The notes under the pieces are model-generated. The model was not told the origin of the DNA and made no database searches. It saw only the letters and a list, made by a program, of their open reading frames with translations. This document shows positions 25,995-38,144 of a stretch of 64,000 bases of DNA, one piece after another. The number at the start of each line of letters is the position of its first letter. Within the stretch, counting starts at the first letter, position 1. The translations under genes and the position numbers were made by a program. Source of the stretch: Torpedo marmorata (taxonomy: Eukaryota); contig OZ360246.1 in NCBI GenBank assembly GCA_977017645.1, positions 27,280,001-27,344,000 of the forward strand, read 5' to 3'.

Positions 25995-26205
25995 GTAAAA
26001 ACACAATGCTGGAGAAACTCAGCAGGTCAAACAGTGTACTTTCTATTGCAAAGATACATAACCAACGTTTGGGGCTTGAGCCTTTCAAGGTATGAAGGTA
26101 CCTTGATGAAAGGCTCTTTATCTTTGCTACATAAAGTACACTGTTTGACCTGCTGAGTTTCTCCAGCATTGTGTTTTTACTTCAATCACGGCGTCTGCAG
26201 ACTGC
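25995..26205. mobile_element. Palindromic Penelope pLTR-derived insertion
   Basis: gtaaaaacacaatgctggagaaactcagcaggtcaaacagtgtactt has its exact reverse complement at ~26134-26180. Confidence 0.8.
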
Positions 26206-26429
26206 ACCTTCAATGATACAATTCATTCCATTCACCTGTTATACCTCCGTAAAACCTAGAATTGTCTGAACTGGGTTATTTTTTTATTAAAATTTTTTCA
26301 AGTGATAGCTCAATTGCACCATCTGGAGGTCAAAAAATAAACAGTGCATTCATCAATGGTTTAATTTGACCAGCTGGTTCGTTGTAATCCAGTTCCCCCC
26401 CATTGCAGAGCAATTAAGAATGAATGGCA

Positions 26430-26790
26430 GATTAAGCCCCGCCTCATGAGGTCTTTGTTGATCGCGTGTCAATCACAGCGACGAGCCCCGCCCCTGTGGT
26501 CCTCACGCTGTCCCAGGCAGCGCGAGCCGGCGTCCCTGCGGTGCCGTCACTTCCAACAGGCGAGCGGGCGGTGCTGACCACGGGGCGGTGATGAGGATGC
26601 GTCCACTTCAAGAATGGAGACCCTGAAAGTGAAGGACCGGATCCTGGAGAACATCTCGCTGTCGGTGAGGCAGGTGAGAGGCCAGGGCGGAATCTTTGAC
26701 AGTCAGGGCCGGGTGGCACGGTGCCCGCTTCTGCTGGTGAGGCCGAGGTGCCACAGCCTGACAAAGATCTGTGCAGAATACGGAGCCGGT
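26430..26790 (+). promoter_or_regulatory. CpG island / PLEKHM2 promoter
   Basis: Sharp GC and CpG rise around exon 1. GC boxes gccccgcc (~26436, ~26485) and ggggcgg (~26582). ETS/CRE-like composite cgtcacttcc (~26545). No TATA box. Confidence 0.8.
26614..26673 (+). CDS. PLEKHM2: PLEKHM2 (SKIP) coding exon 1
   Basis: agaATGg Kozak context; METLKVKDRILENISLSVRQ then GTGAG donor. The human N-terminus is MEPGEVKDRILENISLSVKK. Confidence 0.95.
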
Positions 26791-27019
26791 CATTATTTTT
26801 TATTTAGGGGAGTTCCACTGTTTTGGGATCACATTCCAAGGTCTTTGCCATTTTCCCAGAGAAACTGGATAACTGGGAGTGAGGTGGATATTGGTGGGTG
26901 GAATGCTCCACCGTTTTTAATTCAATGTGTTGTTTCAGCAGTAATTCACTGTAAAAATGACTAAAATACAAAAGTCTGTAAAAATGTTGCCTTTTCTGTT
27001 GAGCAGGTTGGAAAATGCT

Positions 27020-27260
27020 GAAGTAAAACATGACAGTCTGCAGACACTGAAGTAAAAACACAATGTTGGAGAACTCAGCAGGTCAAATAGTGTACTTTAT
27101 ATAGCAAAGATAAAGATACATAACCAATGTTTTGGGCTTGAATCCTTCATCAAGGTGTGAAGGGCTCAAGCCTGAAACATTGGTTATGTATTGTTATCTT
27201 TGCTCAATAAAGTACACAGTTTGACCTGCTGAGTTTCTCCAGCATTGAGTTTTTATTACA
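27020..27260. mobile_element. Palindromic Penelope pLTR-derived insertion
   Basis: ~100-bp inverted arms centred near 27155. Each arm carries the gaagggctcaagcc.gaaac motif. Confidence 0.8.
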
Positions 27261-27559
27261 AAATATTGCTGTAAATGCTTTATAAATTATAAAATGGTTC
27301 TCAGTAGTTAGAGTGCTCAGAATTTAATAAAAAAATTGCTGCAAACGTTCAGCAGGACAGTCAACATCTGTGGAGAAAAAAACTTTCAAATTTTCAGTCA
27401 GTGACAGCATTGGCAGCTACATGCCAAGAGGCTATTTTGTCAAAATCAGGGGACATATCTTCAGAATTATGGGTTGCCTGTTTAAGACTGAAGAATTTCT
27501 TCTCTCAGAGGGGTTATCAAACTGGAATTTTCTACCTCTGAGGTGAAATCATCAGAGAT

Positions 27560-28162
27560 ATTAAAATTCCTGGGTTTCAACATCTCCGAGGATCTGTCCT
27601 GGAACCTCCATGTTGATGCAATCACGAAGAAAGGCTCGCCAGCGGCTATACTTTGTGAGGTGTTTGAGGAAATTCGGTATATCACCGAAGACTCTCGAAA
27701 ACTTCTACAGGTGTACCGTGGAGAGCATTCTAGCTGGTTGCATTACTGTCTGGTACGGAGGTGCCAACGCTCAAGACAAGAAAAAACTCCAGAGGGTTGT
27801 TAACTCGGCCTGCGACATCACGGGCACCAGACTTCACTCCATCAAGGATATCTACAAGAGGCGGTGTCTTAAGACAGCAGCCTCTATCCTCAAAGACCCC
27901 CACCACCCAGACCATGCCCTCTTCACTCTGCTACCATCAGGGAAAAGGTACAAGAGCCTAAAGACGAGCACTCAGCGGCACAAGGACAGCTTCTTCCCTG
28001 CTGCCATCAGATTCCTGAATGATCAATGAACCAAAGACACTGCCTTACTTTGACTTTTCGTGCATTTTTTTTTGGTAAGGTGGTTTATATGAACGTTTGC
28101 GCTGTGATACTGCCCCAAAACAAATTTTGTGACTTGTTCATGATAATACATTCTGATTCTGA
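27560..28162 (+). mobile_element. Rex1/Babar-clade LINE 3' part
   Basis: FLGFNISEDLSW..HVDAITKKARQRLYFVRCLRKFG...FYRCTVESIL.GCITVWYG...KDPHHPDHALFTLLPSGKRY...FFPAAIRFLN*, ending in a (TTCTGA) tail. Confidence 0.85.
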
Positions 28163-28399
28163 GGTAAATATTGACAAACATTTGAACTATAAAGGAAGTT
28201 AAGGGAAATGGGAAGAGGGGTGTGAGGACATAATGTTCAATGGTGAACCGCTTTTGCGAAACAAATTGGCCTACTCAAGCTACTGTTTCTTATGATGTTA
28301 GAAATGAAGCATATTGCAGTGAAAAATCATGGATGAGATGGGTAGAATGGTGGAGTGAAGGTCTGTGAATTAAGGTACAGACCAGGCTGTATTGAATGA

Positions 28400-29010
28400 C
28401 ATGAATGGTGGTGCTGGGTGAAAGAGGGTGGTAAAGGAATAAATGGAGGAGGACTGACTGAGGATATGAATTAAGCTTGATATATGAGAAGAGAGGACTA
28501 GGAAAACTAGTGAAATACAAGACAAGACTCAAATGGCTGATTATGGAATTATTTAATACTGACTGGAAGATTCTTTAAACTTGCATGGTGGCTTGTTGGA
28601 ACAAAGTAGGAGATTAAAGACCTGTTGCAATGGGATGGAGAATTGAAGTGATTGGCAACTGGAAGTAGAAAGTCACACTTGTGAATGGAACAGAGGTGAC
28701 CAGCAAAACAATCATTTGATTTCCCCAATGCAGAAGAGACCACATTGCAAGTCAAATTGCAGTATATTAAATTGGAAGAAGTACAAGTAAATTGTAGCTT
28801 TGCTTAAAAAAGTGTTTGGATCATTGGCCAATGGGAAGGGAGGAAGTCCAAGGGCCAGTGGTGCAAATTTTGTGATTGCCATGAGGAGAGTTGCTATTGG
28901 TGGAGAAAGAAGAATGGATCAGTGTATTCAGAAGCGAACAGTTCCTTTGGAACGTTGAAGAGAGGAGGGAAAAGGTATGTCTGGTATTGGCATCAAATTT
29001 AATGGTGACA
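28400..29010 (-). mobile_element. Old, decayed Penelope-like fragment
   Basis: The - strand reads FAGHLCSIHK...LPVANHFNSPSH (GIY-YIG region), with multiple frameshifts. Confidence 0.6.
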
Positions 29011-30231
29011 TTATCACCAAAATTTTCACGTCGTAATGCAGAAAGTTGTCTTGGGTGCTTGGCTATATTGGCCAAATGAGGTTCACTCTTCCCCATTACA
29101 AATACAAAAGCACTTCTTGTCTGCTTATTCAGTAGATTTAAGGTGGTATCTCATTTGTGGTGTTGGTGATTGGCTGGAGGCATTTATAGGAGGAGAAGCT
29201 TTTATAATGCTAACAAATGGAACTGTGTTCCTTTGCACTTCACTTTTACAAACATATACAGTACACTTTAAATATTGTTAGGTGCATCAATTTGATCAAT
29301 ATGTCACTAATTTTGGCCTTTTGAATATGTTTGTGCATTAGTTACCACACAATACATTGATGTTTTACAGTTTACTGTCTTTGTAGTTGTCAGAATTGTG
29401 TTAACCCTAACAAACTGTCATTAGGCAGTAAGGATTTTTTTAAAATCATTCTAAACTATCTGTGGAGCTCCACCATTTTTATTAACACCTTTGAAGTAAA
29501 GGCTGAGATTGCTGGAGCACAGAGTGTTTTCAATCATGCTTTCCCAGTCTTAAGTTTGGCACATTTTTTGCGTCATGTTTTATGAAGAATGTTAATTCTA
29601 GAAGAGTTTTTATTTTGGACTTAATGTGTCAATTTCAAGCACTCCCAGCTCTGAACAACAGGTTGAATGGAGAGTAAAGATCCTATGTATTGTTTCCTGA
29701 AATTTAAAAATAAACACCTGTGACCGAAATTGAAAATAAATTTCCATTTACATCATCACATCCAATACCCCCAGATTGGTTATTGCGTGGTATAAATGCA
29801 CTATAAAAGGACCTGTACTTTGCCACATCAAGCTCTCCAGATCAGATGTTGAATAAATGGGTTTGAGAGATTCATTCTGTCCTATGAATGTGTCCTAGAG
29901 ATTAATGACCACTAGTGTCAAAAATTCTTAGTTTAACCGTGAAGTGAATTTTGTTGTGTTACTGTGATGCCTGGCCTCCAGAGAATTGGTTTTTCTATTT
30001 AAAATGCTTGCCTTTAACTCTTTTGAGACATACCATTTGTTGTATTTTGATTGTAATTAACCTCCAAGACTGTCATTGAACATGGAAACTGGAAAAAATA
30101 TCTGCTGACACAAAGGCCGTTCCAGGTCTTGTGTGTAAGGATGATGCATGACCTTTATTATCAGCAATATCCATTTGTGCTTTATTTCCAGTGGTGATTT
30201 TGTATTTGATTTGTAATGTTAACATTATTAT

Positions 30232-30927
30232 TGTTATGGACCATGACTGACCATTTGGACTGCGGACGGTCAGCAGGAAGGATGAAGTCTTTTGGAGTAC
30301 ACACTGGGACCTGGTACTGAAAGAGTTAACTTGCCCAGGACTTCTTGTACTCACAGAGAGAGAGACACCAGAGAGAGACAGACTGTGGAGAGATACTTTG
30401 TTGCACTTTTGCAAAAGCAGGTGCAAAACTCTGCAAAAAACATTCAGTTGGGAGTTGCAAAGGCTGGAGAACACAGCAAAATCCAGGCTTGTGCATCCCA
30501 GGGGAAAAGGCTGGGAGAATAGCACATGGCCTCCTGTCTCTGAAAAATCCTGAGTTAAAACCACTTTTGTGAAGAACAGGCGTGGGATCAGCGAGACCGG
30601 CTGTGAGATCCAAGTACATGCCTCAATCAGTGGTATACTGATTTGGAGTCGCAATCCTTGTGAATCTACCAAAAGGGAAAGTCATCAGACAAGAAAAGCA
30701 GGCCAAGCATTCGTAAGCTTAAACAGTCATTGTCTCTCTCTCCAACGTTCATTAAGAAGTCCTTCTTGCCAGCACACAGAGCTGAATTTGGACCCTGAAC
30801 ATAGAGAGTGAATTTTTGTGGACTGTATTTTTGGGACTGTCTTATTTTTATGACTGACCTGGGGATTTTGTGGAAGGTTTTCCATTTTCACATGAGGGTT
30901 GGGCACAGACTGTAATGGTCTGGACTT

Positions 30928-30958
<31 letters not shown>

Positions 30959-31105
30959 TCTTTAGATAAGAATAGTGTTTATAGACGTTTATAGTGGGGT
31001 TAATTGTTGTGAAATTATATGTTTAATTGTCTTTAATAAATATAAATTTCAATTTTACCCTTTTTGCATTGCGTCTTCTGTTGTTGCTGGTTTGAATTTG
31101 TAACA
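30232..31105 (+). mobile_element. Solo LTR (874 bp)
   Basis: Inverted termini TGTTA...TAACA, AATAAA at ~31035, internal (CA)n, and a perfect 5-bp TSD ATTAT (30227-30231 and 31106-31110). Confidence 0.85.
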
Positions 31106-31449
31106 ATTATGCAGAACCCAGCTTTCAGCTTGACCTTCAGAAGCTAATAGGGTTCTAGGTTTGCTCCTTAGTAAGAGAGTGCAAATTAAACTTTATTCTC
31201 AATCACACCCACGTTGTGCAACGTCAGATTGTTGGTCCAGTAGCAGAGTCCTGGTTTTGAGACACGATTAACATTTTTTTTCCAATAACAACAGTGGAGG
31301 ACAACACTTGAGGAATCGCACAATGAGCCAGTGCCGATATTGGAACGAGTCACTGAGGAGCTGCTCAGTTACTGCAATTGACATAGCAGATGAACAATGA
31401 CAATCAGGATCACTGAAGTTGATTTCCTACAGCATTGAGACAGAAACTA

Positions 31450-34400
31450 TTCGTGGCGTGATGGCGTAGGCTGGAGACGTGGGAATACACCTCTCCCAAC
31501 AGAATTAATTAAAAACTGTATTTTTTAAAAATTATTTTGTTATTAAAGAATTCAAGATCGCTTATTAACTATTGAAGAATGTCTACAAGAAAAGGGAAAG
31601 AACAAAAGTCAAAGAAAACAGTGATTAAAGAAAGTGTAATTGATGCAGAAGTTGGGCCTACCTCCGTGATGGCGCCTCGAGATCGGCTTTCTCTCCCTCC
31701 CAGGACGACACGGGCGAAGACAGCTAAAGTAACTGTAGCGCCAGCGCCACCTTCCTGGGGAGCTGGGGAAGATGGCGCTGGAGCTCGAAGGAAGACTAAA
31801 GAACTACAGAGGGAGAATGAACAACTGTACATGTGCGAAAAGGAACGGGAACTGTCAACTAGTGTTGACAGCCAAAGAAGAATCTTTCATTCAATTCAAT
31901 ATGATGTCGGAGAAGAACTGTCAACGTTGACGGATTCAGAAGACAAAGGGAGAAAGAAGAAAATATATGAAGAAATGGAGAGAGAGGTAGAAGAGATGGA
32001 GGGAGAGGAAAGAGAAATAAGTGGAGGAGAGGAAACTCAGTTATTTCAAGGTAAACAGGAAATATCATTAACTCTTATCCAAGCTATGAATAACTTAACA
32101 AAACAAGTGTCTACAATGAATCATCATATGGATATAGATTTACAGTTATGGATAGTAATTTTACTGAGTTTAAGGAAGAAATGAAAGATATTAAACATGA
32201 TATGTAAAAATATGCAACTGTTAAGGCGAAAATTTTAGCAAATAGAGTGGCAATATATTTACCAGATTTAATACATGCAGATCAAGTGGGTTTTATTAAG
32301 AATAGATATTCAAAGGATAATATTGCCAGATTGATTTGTTTAATAAATGTGGCACAAAAGAAAGGAATTAGCACTAGTATTAACATTAGATGTCGAAAAG
32401 GCTTTTGATAGATTAGAATGGAATTATTTATTTAAAGTGTTGGAAAAATTTGGTTTTGGAATTACATTTAATAATTAGATTAAAACTATATATAAAGAAC
32501 CCTCTGCTAAGGTGGTGACAAATGGACAAATTTCTTCAAAATTTTTGTTGACTAGGTCAACTAGACCAGCTTTGTTTATTTTAGCAATAGAACCTTTAGC
32601 AGAGTTAATTAAAGTTGGAAAAGAAGAACATAAAATTAGTTTATTTGCAGATGATGTATTGATTTACATGATAAAGCCTATTAATTCTTTAACACAATTG
32701 ACTATTATTGAGAGAATATGGGGAAATATCTGGTTATAAGATTACCGTAATTCTGATAAAAGTGAAATTATGCCATTGACACAGGGAGACTATAATAAAT
32801 GTAGAGACTACACGATTTAAATGGTCAAATAATGGAATTAAATATTTGGGAATAAAAATAGATACAAAATTATGTAATTTATATAAATTAAATTCTTTAC
32901 CTTTATTTATTAATATTAAAAAGGATTTAGACAGTTGGAAAGATTTACCTATAACTTTAATAGGAAGGATAAATTGTATTAAAATGAATATTTTTCCAAG
33001 AATTCAATACCTTTTTCAATCAATTCCTTATGAAATTCCTCAAAAGTTCTTTTTAAATTTAGTTATTAGGAAATTTTTGTGGAAAGGAAAGTTGGCTAGA
33101 GTAGGTATGGAGAAATTAACTTGGAATTATGAATTGGGAGGATTAAAACTTCCAAATTTTCAAAATTACTATAAGGCAGCTCAATTAAAATTTATTAATG
33201 AAATGTTTGATTTAGAAAAATCTTCTGCTTGGATTAGAATAGAATTAAATAATATAGGAGAGGATTTAAAAGAAGTTATTTATAAATGGAATTCTAAATT
33301 ACTATTAAGAGGAGGTAAAAATTCTCCTATTTTAAGGCATTTGTTAGAAATATGGAATAAACTGGATAGGGAGATAGGAGGGAAAGGGTTAATTTCTTGT
33401 AAAATGCCTTTATATCAAAATAAACTTATCCCATTTACTATTGATAATCAATTGTTTAAAATTTGGTTTCAAAAAGGGATTAAAAAGTAAATGATTGTTT
33501 GAAGCTAGTAAATTTATTAATTTCCAAAGAATGAAAGAGAAGTTTAATGTACCAAATAATACACTTTTTGCTTATTATCAAATAAGAACATTTTTAGTTG
33601 GAAAGTTGGGTCATAGTTTAATTTTACCAAGACAAAATGAATTGGAATCATTAGTTACTAATGGGGGTATAAATACATTTATTTCTCAAATGTATAGATT
33701 GCTACAGGAAAAAAAGCCTAAACCAGGAATTCATAAATCAAGATTAAAATGGGAATCAGATTTGAATACAATAATAGATGAAGAACATTGGAAAGAAATA
33801 TGTAAACAAAGTATGACGAAAATTATTAATGTTAGATATAGGTTAGTGCAATACAACTTTTTGCAGCAATTATATTTAACGCCTAAGAAACTAAAAAAAT
33901 TTAATTTGAGATTATCAGATTTATGTTTTAGATGTAATAGAGAGGAAGGCTCCTTCGTACGTTCTACGTGGCTTTGTCCAAAGGTACATGCTTTTTGGCT
34001 GAAAGTTGAAAAGTTTTTGAAAAGTATTAAGAATTATACTCCCAATGAATCCTATGATATTTTTGTTTGGAGATATTAAAAGAATTAGTATTAAAATGAG
34101 ATTAAATATGTATCAAATAGAATTTTTGCGAATTGCTTTAGCTGTTTCAAATAAATGCATTGCTATTACATGGAAGTCTGATGTAGATTTAGGGTTAGAA
34201 AGGTGGCATGCAGAACTCCGTTCATGTATACCACTTGAAAAAATTACTTATAATTTACATAATAAATATCATTTCTTTTTGAAAATATGGAGCCCATATA
34301 TAAAGACTGTGGGTTTGAGGATTTGAGAATCTCTCAATATCAGGTCTGACTGGTGAACCTGTCTGTGTTCCACAATAAAATTAATTTATAGTTGTTTTTT

Positions 34401-34588
34401 CTTTAGATTGACATTCTCCAATTACTATTCCTTTTTTCTTTCTTTCTATATTATATTAGAGTAGTAGGGGTGGGTGGGTTTAGGGAGGGGAAAGGGAGGG
34501 AGTGGAGGGTAAAAATATATCACATGTATTCTGATAATTTTACATTTTATAAACATGTATTAACGTGTGATTTTTTTAAAAAAATAAA
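31450..34588 (+). mobile_element. L1-clade LINE: 5' UTR and ORF1 start fused to frameshifted ORF2 RT/C-terminus
   Basis: ORF1-like 31579-32184 (MSTRKGKEQK..., acidic/coiled). From ~32225: [62 protein letters not shown]. Then a G-rich 3' UTR and A tail. Confidence 0.9.
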
Positions 34589-36435
34589 TTTTTTTTGGAA
34601 TATTTTATTTTAAATTTTAAATTTTCACACAGTAATACAAACGTAAATAATATATATTGTTAATTTCGGTAAAATCACAATTGTATTTGTATTACATAGT
34701 GTATCTATCCCTTTCCTTAACCCCCCAAACCCTTATAACATTTCAAACACTTCAAATTAAAATTATTACTTAATATTTAATATTTCTATCCCACCTTCCA
34801 CCCTTTCCCTCCCCTTAAATTCCCTCCCCTTCCTAAAAACTAAAAAAAAAGGAAAAAAGAAAGTAATATAATATTACTTATTAGAAACATCTGTACGGAT
34901 CACCCGGGTGTCCACAGCTCAACGCAAGGTCTTCAACAGTATTTTTATTATTTAAATTTGAGAGAGTCAGCAGGGTCTAGGATGTAGAGCAACACATTTA
35001 CATATTCATACCTAATGATTGGATATATGGACGCCAAATTTGCAAAAATACCTCATATTTATTTCTCATATTATATGTTATTTTTTTCCAATGGAATACA
35101 ACTCTGCATCTCTGTATTCCATCTATCCATACCTAAATTTGTATCTGATTTCCAAGTTACTGCTATACACTTCCTTGCTACTGCTAAAGCGATTTTTAAA
35201 AATTTCAATTGATATGTTGATAACTTCAACTTTGGTCTAGTTCCTTCCACATTCCCTAATAAAAATAAATCAGGGTTTTGTGGAAATGTAACACCCGTAA
35301 TTTGTTTTAACAAATTCCCTAACTCCATCCAAAAGAATTTTGCCTTGGCATAACCATGTTGAATGTAAAAAAAGTTCCCTCCTCTTCACCACATCTAAAA
35401 CACTTGTTTGATAATGTAGATTTTATCTTATTCAATTTTTGTGGTGTAAGATATAATTGGTGTAAAAAGTTATACTGTACTAATCTATATCTTACATTAA
35501 TAGTATTGGTCATGCTATCTTGACATAAATCCGACCATCTTTTTTTCATCAATTATTTACCATTACTTAAAAAGGTTAAAGAAGATTTGGAAAAATTGAT
35601 TGATTTACCTATAACATTGATAGGAAGAGTTAATTGTATTAAAATGAATATATTTCCAAGAATACAATATCTGTATCTAACCATACCTATTTTATTACCA
35701 CAGGGCTTTTTTCAAGAATTAAATAAACAAGTGAGAAAATTTCTTTGGAGAGGTAAAATGTCAAGAGTCTCTATGGAACGTTTAACATGGAAATATGAGT
35801 TGGGAGGTTTACAACTCCCTAACTTTAAAAATTATTATCGAGCGACACAAATTAGATTTATTACTTTTTTTGAAAGTGAAGAAAAACCTGCATGGGTTCA
35901 AATAGAGTTAGGAGAAATAGGAGAGAAAGTAGCAGAAGAATTTATATATAAATGGAACTCAAAATTACTGGTAGGAGTTAAAGAAACACCATTATTAAAA
36001 CACTTGATTATTGCTTGGAACAAGATTAATGATGAGATAGGGACGAAAGGAACTATATCACCTAAAACGCCATTGATACAGAATAATCTCATACCTTTTA
36101 CAAAAGATAATCAATTTTTAAATATATGGTCACAGAAAGGAATTAAGAAGATAGAAGATTGTTATGAAGGGGATCAATTGATGTCGTTTGTACAGCTAAG
36201 AAACAAATATGGAATACCGAACAATACTCTTTTTGTTATTTTCAATTAAGAGGATATTTAAGGGAAAAATTAGGTTCGGATATGCTGTTACAAAATTGTA
36301 GCGAAGTGGAAACTCTTATTAGGAAAGGAAATACTAAAAAATTTACTTCTATAATATATTCCTTGTTACAAAGGGGAGCCTTAAAACAAGGACTTCACAA
36401 ATCTAGTTAGAGATGGGAACAAGATCTTAATGTGA
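34589..36435 (-). mobile_element. Second L1 with 5' inversion
   Basis: The 3' portion is on - (35555 to 34589: IDEKRWSDLCQDSM..CFRC..EK plus A tail). The adjoining upstream ORF2 portion is on + (35555-36435: LPITLIGRVNCIKMNIFPR...RWEQDLNV). Confidence 0.88.
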
Positions 36436-36489
36436 TTTAAAATTTTAAATAAAATTTTTTTAAAATTTTTAAAAAGGAGAAAGAAAAAG

Positions 36490-37435
36490 GAGTGGAGAGG
36501 TTCAAGTTCTTGTGAGTTCACATCAGAGGATCTCTCCTGGAGCCAGCACATCGAGGCCACTGTGAAGAACTCCTCTATTTTTCAAGAAGTCTGAGAAGAA
36601 TTAGCATATCATCGGATGACGGCCTGGTTTGGAAACACGATACCGAGGAATGCAGAAGGCTGCAGGAAGTGGCAAACCTAGCCAAGTCCATAGTAAAAAT
36701 GTAGACAGGCGCCCTCCCCCCCCACCCCCCCCAACCGTTTTGATCAGGCGCCTGCCTACGTTTTGCTCATACCTTGATGAAGGGCTCAATCCTGAAACAT
36801 TGGTTTTTATCTTTGCTATATAAGGTACACTGTTTGACCTGCTGAGTTTCTCCTGCATTGTGTTTTGACTTCAATCTCGGTGTCTGCAGACTTTTGTGTT
36901 TTACTCTAGAAATACATTGCACAGGATCTGTAGTTAAACAAGAAAGTGTGCAGATGCTGTGATTTTAGTTTTACAAAATTGCTGGAGAAACTCAGCAAGT
37001 CACACAGCATTCTTTATATAGCAAATCATGGGCACTGACCTCCCGTCCATCAAAATCATCTATATGAGGCGCTGCCTCATGGGCTGCCAATATGAGAAAG
37101 GACCCCCATCGCCCTGGTCACAATCTCCTCTTGCTGATCCCTTCAGGAAGAAGGTACAGAAGCCTGAAGTCCAACACCTTCAGGTTCAAGAAAGTTTTTA
37201 TCCAACAGCTATCAGGCTCTTGAATCTCCCCATACTGTGAAGACCTGAACCATATATTACCCCATGACTACCAAAAATTGAATATTTATTTATCTATCCT
37301 TTGATATTTAACATCTCTTTTTCTATCTTGCATTTGTGGTAATTAACTCTTGTAGCTGGTATATCTTGCATACCTGTTTGCTGCAGCAAGTAAGGATTTC
37401 AGTGCATCTGTATGTGTGTATATTTCAATAAACTC
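36490..37435 (+). mobile_element. Rex1-like LINE fragment interrupted by pLTR pieces (~36692-37024)
   Basis: VERFKFL.VHI.EDLSWSQH...AKSI resumes after the insert as MGTDLPSIKIIYMRRCL...SFYPTAIRLLN. Confidence 0.7.
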
Positions 37436-38144
37436 AAATTGGGTATTGAACATACTACTTTGAGGGAGGAATGTTTCTCACCTTTTAATAGTTTGAATCG
37501 TCAGCTGTGCTGAATGACTTCCAGAAATGCAGCAATTGAAGAACAACTCAAAACTTAAATGGCAATGTTCTCTGAACAGATGAACCTGTTCTTCGTAAGG
37601 TGGAACTTGTCATTAATACTGTGCATTTAAAAAAATAAAAAAAAAAAATTATCCGTTCAATTGGAGTAAGAAAGGTGTACAAGCAAAAAACACTTCCTCA
37701 CTATAGTTTAATCATTTAGAATTCAATTAAATTTGATTTGACACAAAAAATTCAGTGGATCGTGAGCAAGAGAATGCTGATTCTACAGCATTTGTATAAC
37801 TAGATGACTCTTCTCAAGCAATCATTTGGGATCCAGTACGGTTTCTGTCTACTCAGACATAATATATACCATCCATGAAATGCACACTAAAGCTCCTGTG
37901 GTACCTGTAAGAGTCGGTACCTCTACCATCTAGAAGAACTTGGGCAGTAATTGCATGAGGGAAAACCACTGTTTCCATGGCATAAACAATCCTGACAGAA
38001 ATGTCTTGCACTCTGTTGCTGGGTCAAAACCTTGGACTTTCCTACCTAATCATAGTGCGAGTGCAACTTCCCAATGTATATTTACCACCCCACCCCCCAA
38101 ACAAGAAACATCTGAACAATTGTGAATGATCACTAATTGGTGGT

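Noticed and set aside
26674-26964. Extension of the 116-aa ORF beyond PLEKHM2 exon 1
   Set aside because: Homology stops at the GTGAG donor at 26674; the rest is intron read-through.
27610-28029. ALKBH8-like host gene
   Set aside because: The KARQRLYF...FYRCTVESIL segment is the C-terminal part of Rex1-type ORF2 and recurs in several truncated copies with LINE tails.
30073-30672. 199-aa - strand ORF
   Set aside because: Lies mostly in a solo LTR, crosses its boundary and has no recognisable domain.
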